This document shows, piece by piece, positions 17,204 to 25,767 of a stretch of 64,000 nucleotides of DNA. Under the pieces are notes generated by a model. The model saw nothing but the letters and a program-made list of their open reading frames with translations, had not been told where the DNA came from and did not search any database. Every line of letters starts with the position of its first letter. Position 1 is the first letter of the stretch. The stretch comes from an uncultured Candidatus Rokubacteria bacterium (lineage in GTDB: Bacteria > Methylomirabilota > Methylomirabilia > Rokubacteriales > DASRDR01), in NCBI GenBank assembly GCA_963805625.1, contig CAWDVE010000010.1, forward strand, positions 512,001 to 576,000. Direction: 5' to 3'. A program made the translations under genes and the position numbers.

Positions 17204-17945
17204 CCGGGTCTCCTTCCGGGTCGCCGCCGAGGGGCCGGCGCGCCGCCGGGCCGGTCGGGGGGGCCGGGGGCACGAGCTCGACGCCCGCCCCCCGCACCGT
17301 CATCGCATAGTCAATGCGCGCGCACAGCTCATCCAGCGCCCGGAGATCGTTCTGCACTTGCACCGGGACCGGCTCCGATTCCTCCACCGCCGTCTTGATC
17401 GCGTTCACCCGGCAGCCGTGCGGCATGCCGCCCGTCACACACTGATGCACGTCGCGGTGCGTGAGCGCCGCAATCTGCGACGGCACCCGCTCGAGGAGCG
17501 TGATCGTCGACTGATCCTTCGCGTCCCGCGCGCGCACCGCGCTGGCCAGCCGCGCCTGCAGCGACCGACAGTCTCGAACCAAATGCGAGCCGCCGCCCAA
17601 GATCAACTCCCACTTCAGGACCTCCCCCTGGATCTCCAGCCGCTGCAGCCGGTCCAGCCGGGACGTCACCGCCGGCACCAGCGGCCGCAACCGCGCCAAA
17701 CACGCGGCCGCGCGCTCCACGTAGGGCGCGAGACTGTCGCGGAGCGCCTGCCCGGCGGCGTCGGCCGCCTGCTCGGGCGCCCGCGCCCGCGCTTCGAGCC
17801 GGGCCAACGCATCCTCGGACGGCGGCGCCTCGGGCTCGATCCTGACCTTCGGCGGTCGGCCCCGCGGGCGCTTCGACGGCTCGGGCGGGGGGATCGTGTC
17901 GCGCGCGGCCTGTTGGACTTCGGTGCGGACCTTCGTCATCGGCAT
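17196..17945 (-). CDS. Hypothetical helical protein with AT-hook-like motif
   Basis: GAGGAGG RBS; KRPRGRPPK. Confidence 0.6.
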   Translation of the reverse strand: MPMTKVRTEVQQAARDTIPPPEPSKRPRGRPPKVRIEPEAPPSEDALARLEARARAPEQAADAAGQALRDSLAPYVERAAACLARLRPLVPAVTSRLDRLQRLEIQGEVLKWELILGGGSHLVRDCRSLQARLASAVRARDAKDQSTITLLERVPSQIAALTHRDVHQCVTGGMPHGCRVNAIKTAVEESEPVPVQVQNDLRALDELCARIDYAMTVRGAGVELVPPAPPTGPAARRPLGGDPEGDPDA

Positions 17946-17955
17946 CGGGACCTCC

Positions 17956-18216
17956 TCACAGCCCGTAGGCGGTGCGGACGTTCGCCGCGCTATAGCTCTT
18001 CCACGACAGCTCGCCGGCGAGCCCGCCCTTGGCATTCGATTCTTCCGTCGCCACCGTATTCGGCGCATCCGCTGGGTCGGGGTCGTGCACCAAAAACACC
18101 CCAGCGGTCGCGTCACTCGTCGCCGTCGGCACGGCCAAAATCACGCTGAGGCGCCGCCCACTGCTCATCAGCTGGCGGCGAATGTCCAGGAGGTCGGCAT
18201 AGGTCACCGCAGCCAT
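17956..18216 (-). CDS. Hypothetical protein
   Basis: AAAGGAG RBS, coupled to upstream ORF. Confidence 0.6.
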   Translation of the reverse strand: MAAVTYADLLDIRRQLMSSGRRLSVILAVPTATSDATAGVFLVHDPDPADAPNTVATEESNAKGGLAGELSWKSYSAANVRTAYGL

Positions 18217-18515
18217 CAGTTCGCTCCTTTCGGATCGGAGAGGAGGATCGCGCCCTCGCCCAACAACGTCGGACGGCGCGCGGGCGGGGGCGAGATCGGG
18301 ATCGGGGGTGGGGCACTCCCCGGGGCGGGCGCGGGGCGTCGGCGCCGTCGCCGCCGGGACGGGACGCCCGTGGCGACATACACCGCCTCCTCGAGGCCGT
18401 CCTGCACGTGCACGCCCGCCCGGCGGTACGTCATGCCGTGCCAGGCCACGACGGCGCCCCCGGCGCCCGGCAGGCGGGTGAGCACGCGCGTCAGGGACTC
18501 GTCGTAGAGCACCAT
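18216..18515 (-). CDS. Hypothetical protein
   Basis: Tightly packed in operon; Arg/Pro-rich C-terminal half. Confidence 0.5.
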   Translation of the reverse strand: MVLYDESLTRVLTRLPGAGGAVVAWHGMTYRRAGVHVQDGLEEAVYVATGVPSRRRRRRRPAPAPGSAPPPIPISPPPARRPTLLGEGAILLSDPKGAN

Positions 18516-18516
18516 G

Positions 18517-18942
18517 TCAGGCCGACTGCAGCTCCGCCGCCAGCGCCTGCACCGCCTTGTCGCGCGACGTCGCCAACTTCTGCTGCAGCCGCCCCACCTG
18601 CCCCTCCAGCGTCGCCACCTCGGCCTGCCGCTGCTGGATCCGCTGCTCGAGCCCGGCGAGCTCCGCCTCCCGGGTCCCCACGCGCTCCGCGTGCGCCGCC
18701 CGGCTCGCCTCCCACTCCCGCTCGACCTGCCGCATCTCGTTCGCCTTCGCCGTCGTCCACGCCGGCACCTGCGCCGCCAGCCGGGTCACCTGCGCGCTGA
18801 GGGTGTGACGCTGCTCGCGCATCTGCTCCGCCACCGTGGCCTCCGCCTGCGCCCCCTGCTGGAGCGCCGTCAGCGCGGCGTCGATCGCGGCGAACTCCGT
18901 GAACTTCGATTCCAGGTCAACTCGGTCTGTCATTGGTCGCAC
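18517..18942 (-). CDS. Coiled-coil hypothetical protein
   Basis: Heptad-rich A/E/Q/R sequence; AGGAG RBS. Confidence 0.65.
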   Translation of the reverse strand: MRPMTDRVDLESKFTEFAAIDAALTALQQGAQAEATVAEQMREQRHTLSAQVTRLAAQVPAWTTAKANEMRQVEREWEASRAAHAERVGTREAELAGLEQRIQQRQAEVATLEGQVGRLQQKLATSRDKAVQALAAELQSA

Positions 18943-19218
18943 TCCTGTTCAGGGTGAAGGGTGCACGGCGCTTGGGGACATGGGGCGATGGGGACGGTCC
19001 CGGACGGGGTCATGACGGCCCGTTCGGGCCGACAGTTTCGGGGGGGGTGGGGTGGCAGGGTGTTTCGCTGCGTGCCCGGCGCCCCCCGCTCCCCGGCGGC
19101 CGGCGATGGACGGGGGCTCATGGGCCGAGCCAGTAGTCCAAGAGGATCTTGACCCACACGCCGAGCGCGATCGCCCAGGCGGCTCGCGTCAACCACCGGC
19201 CATCCAAGCGGGGGCGGA

Positions 19219-20448
19219 TCATCGCGGCGCCTCCCGGTGCGCCAACACGAATTGCTCGAGGTCGTCGACCAGGATGTGAATGAGCTTCTCGCGCGAGGTG
19301 CCCTGCCCGCCCGGAAGCCGCACCGCCGGCAGCAGGCCGCGCGACACGAAGTCACGGACCTTCCCGTACCCCACGCCGAGGTAGACGCCGGCCTCCTTGA
19401 GCGTGTAGAGCCGCTTCAGGCGCGCGAGGGAGAGGGTCGCGGCGTCGAAGCTCACCCCCAGGAGGGCGCGGAGGGTCTTCTGGTTGGTGATCCGGTTCGT
19501 CCGGATCAGGGTGGCGGCCTGGTCGTCCAGGGCGGCGGCCTGGGTCGCGTCCGCCTGGCGGCCCTCGGCCTCGAGGTCGGCCCGGGTGCGCGGGTCGGTT
19601 TCGATGACACAGGAGCGCCGGGGCCGGCCGTACTCGTCGTCCTCCCCGAGCCGCACCCGCACCCGTCGGAGTCGGAGGGGAGCCGGCTTGGCGTCGTCCC
19701 GGACCTTCAGGGTCGTCAGGAGCAAGTCGGCGATCCCGAGTTCCCCATTGTCGGCCGTGACCTCGAGGTAGAACACGCCATCGGAGTTGCCCCGGAAGGC
19801 CGAGGAGCCCCGTTCGCGCTTCTTTTTCGTCTCCCCGTCTTGCCACCCGGCATGATGGGCGAGCACCGCCCCGGCGTCGGGCACCACGGTGAGCAATCGG
19901 CGGACGACGCGGAGATACGCGGCGACATCCTCGGAGCGATCCTCGGAGCCGACCATCGACGCCCGGAGCGTGTCGATCAGGAGCAGCACCACGGGCGGCC
20001 CCCCGGCCGTCGCGAGCTCGGCGACGAGGGTGCGGAGGCTGTCGCGGAGGGCGCACTCCCCCGCCGAGGGGGTTTCCTGCCCCTCGCGGTCGACCCGGGG
20101 CGAGATCGGCTCGCCGGCGCGGAGCACATAGAGGTGCCGCACGTCCCGGGACGTGACCTGGAGGGCGGCGAGCCGGAGCCCGAGGGCATCCCCCTCGAAG
20201 CTGACATACGCCACCGTGCCGGCCTGCGCGGGGCGGCCATGCCACTCCTTCTCCCCGCCCGCCACGGCCGCGGCTAGGTCGAGCAAGACGAACGTCTTTC
20301 CGGCCCCGGACTCGGAGACCAGCACACTGACCCCGCGCTGCCACGCGAACTCGGCCACGAGACTGATCGGCGGGGGGTCGGTGAGGAGGTCGAGGGCGGG
20401 CCGGAAGCGGGCGACGTCGATCGAGTCCGTCACGGCGTCGAGGTTCAC
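19219..20448 (-). CDS. RepA/AAA_25-type (SF4-like) helicase with C-terminal excisionase-like HTH
   Basis: Walker A SESGAGKT, Walker B LLLIDT, AHHAG, RGSSAFRGNSD; tail LYTLKEAGVYLGV...LPAVRL. Confidence 0.85.
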   Translation of the reverse strand: MNLDAVTDSIDVARFRPALDLLTDPPPISLVAEFAWQRGVSVLVSESGAGKTFVLLDLAAAVAGGEKEWHGRPAQAGTVAYVSFEGDALGLRLAALQVTSRDVRHLYVLRAGEPISPRVDREGQETPSAGECALRDSLRTLVAELATAGGPPVVLLLIDTLRASMVGSEDRSEDVAAYLRVVRRLLTVVPDAGAVLAHHAGWQDGETKKKRERGSSAFRGNSDGVFYLEVTADNGELGIADLLLTTLKVRDDAKPAPLRLRRVRVRLGEDDEYGRPRRSCVIETDPRTRADLEAEGRQADATQAAALDDQAATLIRTNRITNQKTLRALLGVSFDAATLSLARLKRLYTLKEAGVYLGVGYGKVRDFVSRGLLPAVRLPGGQGTSREKLIHILVDDLEQFVLAHREAPR

Positions 20449-21311
20449 CGGACGGACTCCCGGGCGGCCCGGAGATCCCGCCAGTCGCGCCCGCGACAAT
20501 GGCCGTGATGACACACGAAGTCGAACGCCCCGCTGGCGCGGATGAGGATCGCGGCCCCGCCGGGGCCGGTCGTATGGACGTCGGCCCAGGGGCAGCGGGC
20601 CAATTCGAGCAGGTAGCCGTCCGCCCAGCGCTTGAGGGGGCCGACGGTACGGAGCCCCCAGGCCTGGGCCTTGGCCAGCAACGTGCCGCCGAGATCATCC
20701 GGGGGCGGCCTTGACGGGCCGGCATACGACGATCGGCCAGGCGGGGGAGTCAAGAGCCGGACCACCTGATCGAGGATCGCTTGCCGGGGCTGCACCGCCG
20801 AGGGCGTCCCGGCCCACGTGTGCCCGGTCACGACCATGACCTTCGCCCGGTCGTAGAGCTCGAGGTGCGCTTCGGGATGCGTGATGGGATGGGGGAGCGT
20901 GCCGTGCACGAAGAGATGTAACCCCGTGCCGCTCACGCTGATCTCGGTCCAGGACTGCACGTGCGCCACCAGCCGCGCGGCCCCGGGCAGGAGCTGTGCC
21001 CCGTCGAGCACCCCGTCCAGGTCGAAGCAGGTGATCTGCGCCTCAGCGGTGAGCACCGCGCCGATCCCGATCAATGGGCCGATGACCGGATTCGGATCGC
21101 GGTGGGGACCTGTCAGGAGCGCGTAGGCGTCCACGGCCTCCCCGAACGTGCCCCACGTCTCGGGGTCCGTGCTCGAGGCCCGTCGGGTCGGATCGCTGAT
21201 TCGATAGGGGACCTTCTGAGGCTTGCCCGCCCGCGGCTCGGCCCGCGAGAGCACCCAGGGTTGGGCCCGCAGGACGGCGGGGATCGCGTCGGGGATCAGC
21301 TCACGCCACAC
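20445..21311 (-). CDS. Primase-polymerase (AEP, NrS-1-like N-terminal domain) with Zn-binding-like C-terminus
   Basis: KVPY, ASSTDPETWGTF, CFDLD, TEISVSGTGLH, ELYD; CPW..VH and CHHGHC. Confidence 0.85.
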   Translation of the reverse strand: MWRELIPDAIPAVLRAQPWVLSRAEPRAGKPQKVPYRISDPTRRASSTDPETWGTFGEAVDAYALLTGPHRDPNPVIGPLIGIGAVLTAEAQITCFDLDGVLDGAQLLPGAARLVAHVQSWTEISVSGTGLHLFVHGTLPHPITHPEAHLELYDRAKVMVVTGHTWAGTPSAVQPRQAILDQVVRLLTPPPGRSSYAGPSRPPPDDLGGTLLAKAQAWGLRTVGPLKRWADGYLLELARCPWADVHTTGPGGAAILIRASGAFDFVCHHGHCRGRDWRDLRAARESVR

Positions 21312-21359
21312 GGGCGACCTCGGGGAAGAGGGTCGAGAGCAGGAGGTTCATGGCGGGGG

Positions 21360-21692
21360 TCATCGCCGGCCCGCCTCGTCGTCGAAGGCCGCCGGCGTGA
21401 CCCAGACGTCCCCGCGGGGCCGGGCCTCGGCCCACGCCAGGGCACAGGGCTCGCACAGCTTCACCGGCTCGAGCGGCGAGGATCGGCCCCAGATGATCGC
21501 GGTGCCGCAGTCGGCGCACGCGCCCGTCTGCATGGTGGGGATGAGGGTCCGCGCCTCGGCCTGACGGGCGGGCGACTCGTGTGGGAGCTGCGCCATCGCG
21601 GCGTCCCACTCCGCACGTCGGGCACAGACGATCACAGTGGGCCGCCGCGTGGCGATGTGTTCGACGGTCCGCCGCCATTCGTCCCGGGTCAC
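21360..21692 (-). CDS. Hypothetical protein with two CxxC motifs
   Basis: GTGA coupling; CADC, CEPC. Confidence 0.55.
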   Translation of the reverse strand: MTRDEWRRTVEHIATRRPTVIVCARRAEWDAAMAQLPHESPARQAEARTLIPTMQTGACADCGTAIIWGRSSPLEPVKLCEPCALAWAEARPRGDVWVTPAAFDDEAGRR

Positions 21693-22063
21693 CCGGCCAT
21701 CTCCGCGAACTCGTCCGCCTCCGCAATGAGCGCGCGGAGTTTCTTGGGCGAATGGCCGCCGGTGTTCTGGAGGAGCCAGACGAGGTAGTGGCTGAGCGGT
21801 TGCCACCACCAGTGCGTCCACCGCGGATCGCGCCCGAGGCAGTCGTTCATCTTGCAGAGCACGACGATCGGCGAGAAGCCGTCCTCGGTGATGGTGTCCG
21901 GGTGCCAGACGATGCCGGCGATCTTGACGTCGGTGATCCACTCGCCACACCCGGCGCAGCGGAGGCGCGGATAGTTGTGGCCGCGGCGGTGCCGGACGCC
22001 GAAACTCGGCGTGGTCGGCCCTCCGGGTCCGTAGAGGTCGTCGGACGAACGCGGGGTCGTCAC
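21689..22063 (-). CDS. Hypothetical protein (CxxC)
   Basis: GTGA coupling; CAGC. Confidence 0.55.
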   Translation of the reverse strand: MTTPRSSDDLYGPGGPTTPSFGVRHRRGHNYPRLRCAGCGEWITDVKIAGIVWHPDTITEDGFSPIVVLCKMNDCLGRDPRWTHWWWQPLSHYLVWLLQNTGGHSPKKLRALIAEADEFAEMAG

Positions 22064-22272
22064 GCCGCCCTCCGGCGCTGCCCGTCAGCATTCTGCCCGC
22101 CGGGCAGATTGGGTCGGGCGGCCTGCTCGAGGGCGAGGACGGCCGCATCGAGCCGGAGTGAGCGTCGTCGAGTGAAGGCCCCGTCGAGGACCCGCTCGGC
22201 CCGCGCGAGCGCGAACCCGAGGAGCAGCTGCGCCGGCACGGGGGGTAGCCGGCGGGCCACGAGTGCGGACAT
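22060..22272 (-). CDS. Hypothetical protein
   Basis: Fills operon slot, coupled to downstream ORF. Confidence 0.45.
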   Translation of the reverse strand: MSALVARRLPPVPAQLLLGFALARAERVLDGAFTRRRSLRLDAAVLALEQAARPNLPGGQNADGQRRRAA

Positions 22273-22293
22273 GGCGCGCGGGTCCGGCTCCGG

Positions 22294-22497
22294 CTACTCG
22301 CGCCCCTTGGCGCGGGCGAGGAACGCCAGAAGGCTCGCCTGTGGCACCCGCGGCATGCGGGGTCCGATGTGGATGGTCTCCAGCTCCCCCCGGCTGATGA
22401 GCCGATCGAGAGTCGCGTCCGAGACCTTGAGGAGCCTCATGACCTCGGCGCGTCGGTAGAGCTGCTCGGCGCGCCGCTCGTCGACCTCTATGAGCAT
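22294..22497 (-). CDS. Excisionase / AlpA-like HTH_17 DNA-binding protein
   Basis: GGAGG RBS; LYRRAEVMRLLKVSDATLDRLISRGELETIHIG. Confidence 0.88.
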   Translation of the reverse strand: MLIEVDERRAEQLYRRAEVMRLLKVSDATLDRLISRGELETIHIGPRMPRVPQASLLAFLARAKGRE

Positions 22498-22563
22498 CCG
22501 GGCCTCCCGAGGCCACTTGGGCCTGCGAGGGGCACGTTACTGGAGGGAGACGCGCCGGTCTAA

Positions 22564-22595
22564 CGAGTAACCTTTTGGGGCGAAAAGGTTACTCG
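22564..22595. promoter_or_regulatory. Perfect 13-bp inverted repeat upstream of excisionase operon
   Basis: CGAGTAACCTTTT-ggggcg-AAAAGGTTACTCG. Confidence 0.7.
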
Positions 22596-22601
22596 GCCGA
22601 A

Positions 22602-23192
22602 TCAAGGCGGCGGGGGCACCTCGATGAGTCCGACGTCCCGCAACCATTCCGATTGCCACTCATAGTCCGTGACGCCCGCCGCTGTGAGCCGCTCACGGGT
22701 GTGGCGGAGGATGCGGTTGAGCGGCTTTCCGGGCGTGGGTCGGCGGGTCTGGCGGGAGGCATCGATCCAGGTCGCGTGTGTCATCCACGACGCCAGACGG
22801 GTCGTGAGGTCTCGCGCCTCCTCGTCCTCGGCCAGGAGCCACAACTCCCGGAGGAGCGGAGGGAGATCACGCCGTAGCTGGCGGACGCGGATCTCCAGGT
22901 CCTGGTAGATCATGGCGCGCTGGCTTCTCACCTGCTCCTGGTAGTGCTCGACCAAGCCCGCACACAGCGCCGCGCACAGGCGGTCCTCGTCGATCCCTTG
23001 GACCCGGGCGGCCTCGAGGTGGTCCTCACACTCGCGTTCTCGATCAGGGTGAAACGGCAGGAGGGCCCTGAGCGCCCGCGCGCGATCCGCTCGCGTCTTC
23101 CACCGGCCTTGGAGGGACAGGACCGAGGCGGGATCGGGGAGTTGCGCCTGGGGATATCGCGCCTGCGAGCGGCGGACTCGCTTCTTCGCCAT
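22602..23192 (-). CDS. Hypothetical protein (first gene inside the element)
   Basis: GAGGGGAG RBS, 196-aa helical ORF. Confidence 0.6.
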   Translation of the reverse strand: MAKKRVRRSQARYPQAQLPDPASVLSLQGRWKTRADRARALRALLPFHPDRERECEDHLEAARVQGIDEDRLCAALCAGLVEHYQEQVRSQRAMIYQDLEIRVRQLRRDLPPLLRELWLLAEDEEARDLTTRLASWMTHATWIDASRQTRRPTPGKPLNRILRHTRERLTAAGVTDYEWQSEWLRDVGLIEVPPPP

Positions 23193-23318
23193 GGCTCCCC
23201 CTCGTGGAGCGCCTCAAGGGACGGGGCCGGTGGGCGAGGGCGGTGAGGAGCCGCCCCGTCGACGCCAGTAGCGAGCTGGCGCCTACGCCCACACGAGTCA
23301 GTCTACGCGATCACCGCC

Positions 23319-23375
23319 GTGCCCAGAATTGTGCCCACGGCGACGTCACGACCCGACACAATCCAGCACAATCCG
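23319..23375. repeat. att arm: arm-type pair plus 10-bp-period repeats
   Basis: GTGCCCAGAATTGTGCCCA then CACGACCCG/CACAATCCA/CACAATCCG at 23347/23357/23367. Confidence 0.7.
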
Positions 23376-23471
23376 ACGAATTGGAGCAGGCACAGAGACC
23401 GAGCGGGCCGATCGCGAATCGCCCGTCAGGATGCGGGGATCGTGACGCGCGACGCGTGCCGACGGGGTCGC

Positions 23472-23510
23472 TTTTAAGTCCGCCGCGTCTCCCAGTTTCG
23501 CCACCCCGGC
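23472..23510 (-). repeat. att repeat: 5' half of tRNA-Leu(TAA) ending at the anticodon loop
   Basis: 39 bp identical to 10477-10515; no T arm follows. Confidence 0.95.
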
Positions 23511-23726
23511 TGGTCGACGAGCGAGAAGTTACGATACACTGCGAGGTTCCCGCGGCGCCACTTTGCCCGGACCTTTGCCCACGATCACGCACTGGGGGGC
23601 TAGTCCATGGCCTGTCGCTGGACCGCTCGTCTCCTTCAGCGCTGATACACGATCCCTGTGAGCACGCCCTGGTTCAGGTCCGAGTCGACCCCATGCTGGT
23701 CCTTCTCGAGGAGGCTCACGCTCCGA

Positions 23727-23993
23727 TCATGCGGAGCCCCCGGAGGCGTTCGTTTGATCCACCAGCTGCCCAATCAGCCCGCGGCGCTCCGCGCAGTCCG
23801 CCCGATCCGGGCACGCGAACACGAGGGTGCAGTCCTCCACGTGCAGCATGAGTGTCGGCGCGCCCGCGGTCGCAGCGACGAGTTGGCGCAGTCGCGCGAT
23901 CCACGTTTGGTCAGGGTGTTCGGAGAGCATCAAGCGCATGTTCTCGGTGTCCGGAACGCGAACCGACTCACCCACGATACGAATCTGTTGCAT
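23727..23993 (-). CDS. Hypothetical protein
   Basis: AGGAGG RBS, 88 aa. Confidence 0.45.
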   Translation of the reverse strand: MQQIRIVGESVRVPDTENMRLMLSEHPDQTWIARLRQLVAATAGAPTLMLHVEDCTLVFACPDRADCAERRGLIGQLVDQTNASGGSA

Positions 23994-24403
23994 CGCGCCC
24001 CTCCTGCCTCCGACCGACGTGCCATACTGGCGGTTCGGGTGCCGGTGACGGTGATCGGTCGAACGCTCCCTGGCCGTGAGACCTACGCGAACTGTCTAGC
24101 GAAGTCCTCGGTCCGGATGACCGGGACACGTATGCGGTGATGTCCAGCTGCACGCGCTTCACGCATCGAGCCGACGCCCCAACGAATGTCGTCAGGGCGA
24201 TCTGCTGCCGCTCTCCTGGATCGAAGGACCACCCACTCTGGCAACATCCGAGCTGACCCATGGAATTCAACGCCGCGACGTGTGTCAGCGCGAGGACGAA
24301 GCTGCTCCCTCGCCTTCGCCTCGTGCCGCGGGGCCAATATTAGGCCGCTACCCGTGAACGACACAGAATTGCCCAGAGGCGGCGATCCCTCAGCGGCTTC
24401 CGG

Positions 24404-24646
24404 CTATCGTGGAGCGGCTTCCTGGAGCGCGAGCAGGGCGGTCGACAGCTCGGCGGCCGTCCAGTCTAGGTCCTCGATAGGGACCCGCAGGGTTGCCCGT
24501 ATCGAGATGGGCCCCGTGCGGGCGAGGCGCTCGAGCATCTCCTGGGCATCCCGGACCGCATTGAAGGCCCGGCGCAGGCGATCCACGGCCATGGCGTTCG
24601 GAGAGAGTGGCAGCGGCGCTGTCCCCGGGCGAACGAAGCGGGGCAC
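24404..24646 (-). CDS. Hypothetical protein
   Basis: GAGG RBS, amphipathic helical pattern. Confidence 0.4.
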   Translation of the reverse strand: MPRFVRPGTAPLPLSPNAMAVDRLRRAFNAVRDAQEMLERLARTGPISIRATLRVPIEDLDWTAAELSTALLALQEAAPR

Positions 24647-25007
24647 GTCAGCGACCGCCTCGGCGGTTGCGATTCAGGATCACGGCGGCGGGGTACTTGA
24701 TTCGTAACGTCGTCTTCTTTGCCATGGCCGAGGATACCATGGGCAGAGTGTTCATGCAGGGCCGCTTCAGAACGCCAAATGGTTGCCACTGCGGTGAGCC
24801 AGGGAGTCGCGCTGCCACGAGACGCGGTCAGTCGCTCGTGGGTGCACGCCGACGAGGCCCGCGCCGCCTGCGGGCTTGCCCGCTCCCGCCGTCCGGGATC
24901 GACTGGCCGCGAGCCGGCTCGTTCCTCATGAACCGATCGGTCGGGGCGGACGCCATGCCGGCGGCGTGTTTGGGGTCGAGAGTGGCGCAGGCCGACCCGT
25001 CCGGCGG

Positions 25008-25352
25008 CTAGCGGTCCGCGCTCCGGGCCTTCTCGCGAGCTTCCTTGAGCCGGCGCTCCGCGAACTCGATCCGCGCGGCTGCGGCGTTCAGCTTTTCCTC
25101 GGCCGCGTCCAGGTCGGCCTCGGCGGCCTCGAAGTTCGTGTAGATCGGCGTGAGCTCGTGGTCTGGCTCACCGGCCTTGGCCCGGCGGGCCAGGGTAGCC
25201 CGGCCTCGCTCGATTGCCACACGGCGTCTCGATACGCTGGCGCGCCCCTTGGCGAGATCATCGCGGGCCGTGAGCTGCAGCGCTTCCGCGGCCTTCAAGT
25301 CTTTCGCCGCCTGCCGCCGTGTTGCTGGGCTCTCCTTGGGGTCTTCGGACAT
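25008..25352 (-). CDS. Coiled-coil hypothetical protein
   Basis: AGGAGGAG RBS before MSEDPK; A/E/K/R-rich. Confidence 0.55.
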   Translation of the reverse strand: MSEDPKESPATRRQAAKDLKAAEALQLTARDDLAKGRASVSRRRVAIERGRATLARRAKAGEPDHELTPIYTNFEAAEADLDAAEEKLNAAAARIEFAERRLKEAREKARSADR

Positions 25353-25415
25353 GACACTCCTCCTTCCCAGCAGCGCCATCGCCGGCACGCCGAGTCGTTT
25401 GGCAGCTTCCGGAGC

Positions 25416-25574
25416 CTAGCGCCCCTTCTGTGCGATGACCACGAAGAGGGCCAGGGTCGCCGTCTGGCCCGCCGAAAGGACGTTGTGGATGGCATAGCCA
25501 TCCTGGTCGAGCTGGTTCAGTGCATTCTCGAGCGTCTCGGTGTTGCACTTGATCACCTTCCATTGATGCGCCAT
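25416..25574 (-). CDS. Small DUF4177-like protein
   Basis: QWKVI....LENALNQL..DGY pattern. Confidence 0.45.
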   Translation of the reverse strand: MAHQWKVIKCNTETLENALNQLDQDGYAIHNVLSAGQTATLALFVVIAQKGR

Positions 25575-25691
25575 CCGAACCCTCGCCTTCCTGTAAGAGG
25601 CGCCCCGGAATGAGGCCCCTCGTATCTCGCAGTTTCGGAACCTCACGCATCTCGGCGGCCAGTGGTGGCAGCGTGGAGGGATGTGGAAGGT

Positions 25692-25767
25692 TGGAGGCGG
25701 CGGGCGGATTCGAACCGCCGGATAACGGTTTTGCAGACCGTCGCCTTAACCACTTGGCTACGCCGCC
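25692..25767 (-). tRNA. tRNA-Cys(GCA)
   Basis: GGCGGCG acceptor stem, ACGGT-CTGCAAA-ACCGT, GTTCGAATC, CCA. Confidence 0.97.

Larger units (their letters stand above)
10477..23510. mobile_element. Integrated ~13 kb phage-satellite-like element in tRNA-Leu(TAA)
   Basis: Identical 39-bp direct repeats 10477-10515 and 23472-23510; integrase, excisionase-like HTH, prim-pol, helicase, virion-associated genes. Confidence 0.9.

Noticed and set aside
10477-23510. Complete prophage or conjugative element
   Set aside because: No recognisable capsid, portal, terminase, tail, lysis, relaxase or T4SS genes within the att-bounded 13 kb.
23472-23510. Second functional tRNA-Leu
   Set aside because: Stops at the anticodon loop; lacks the 3' anticodon stem, T arm and CCA.
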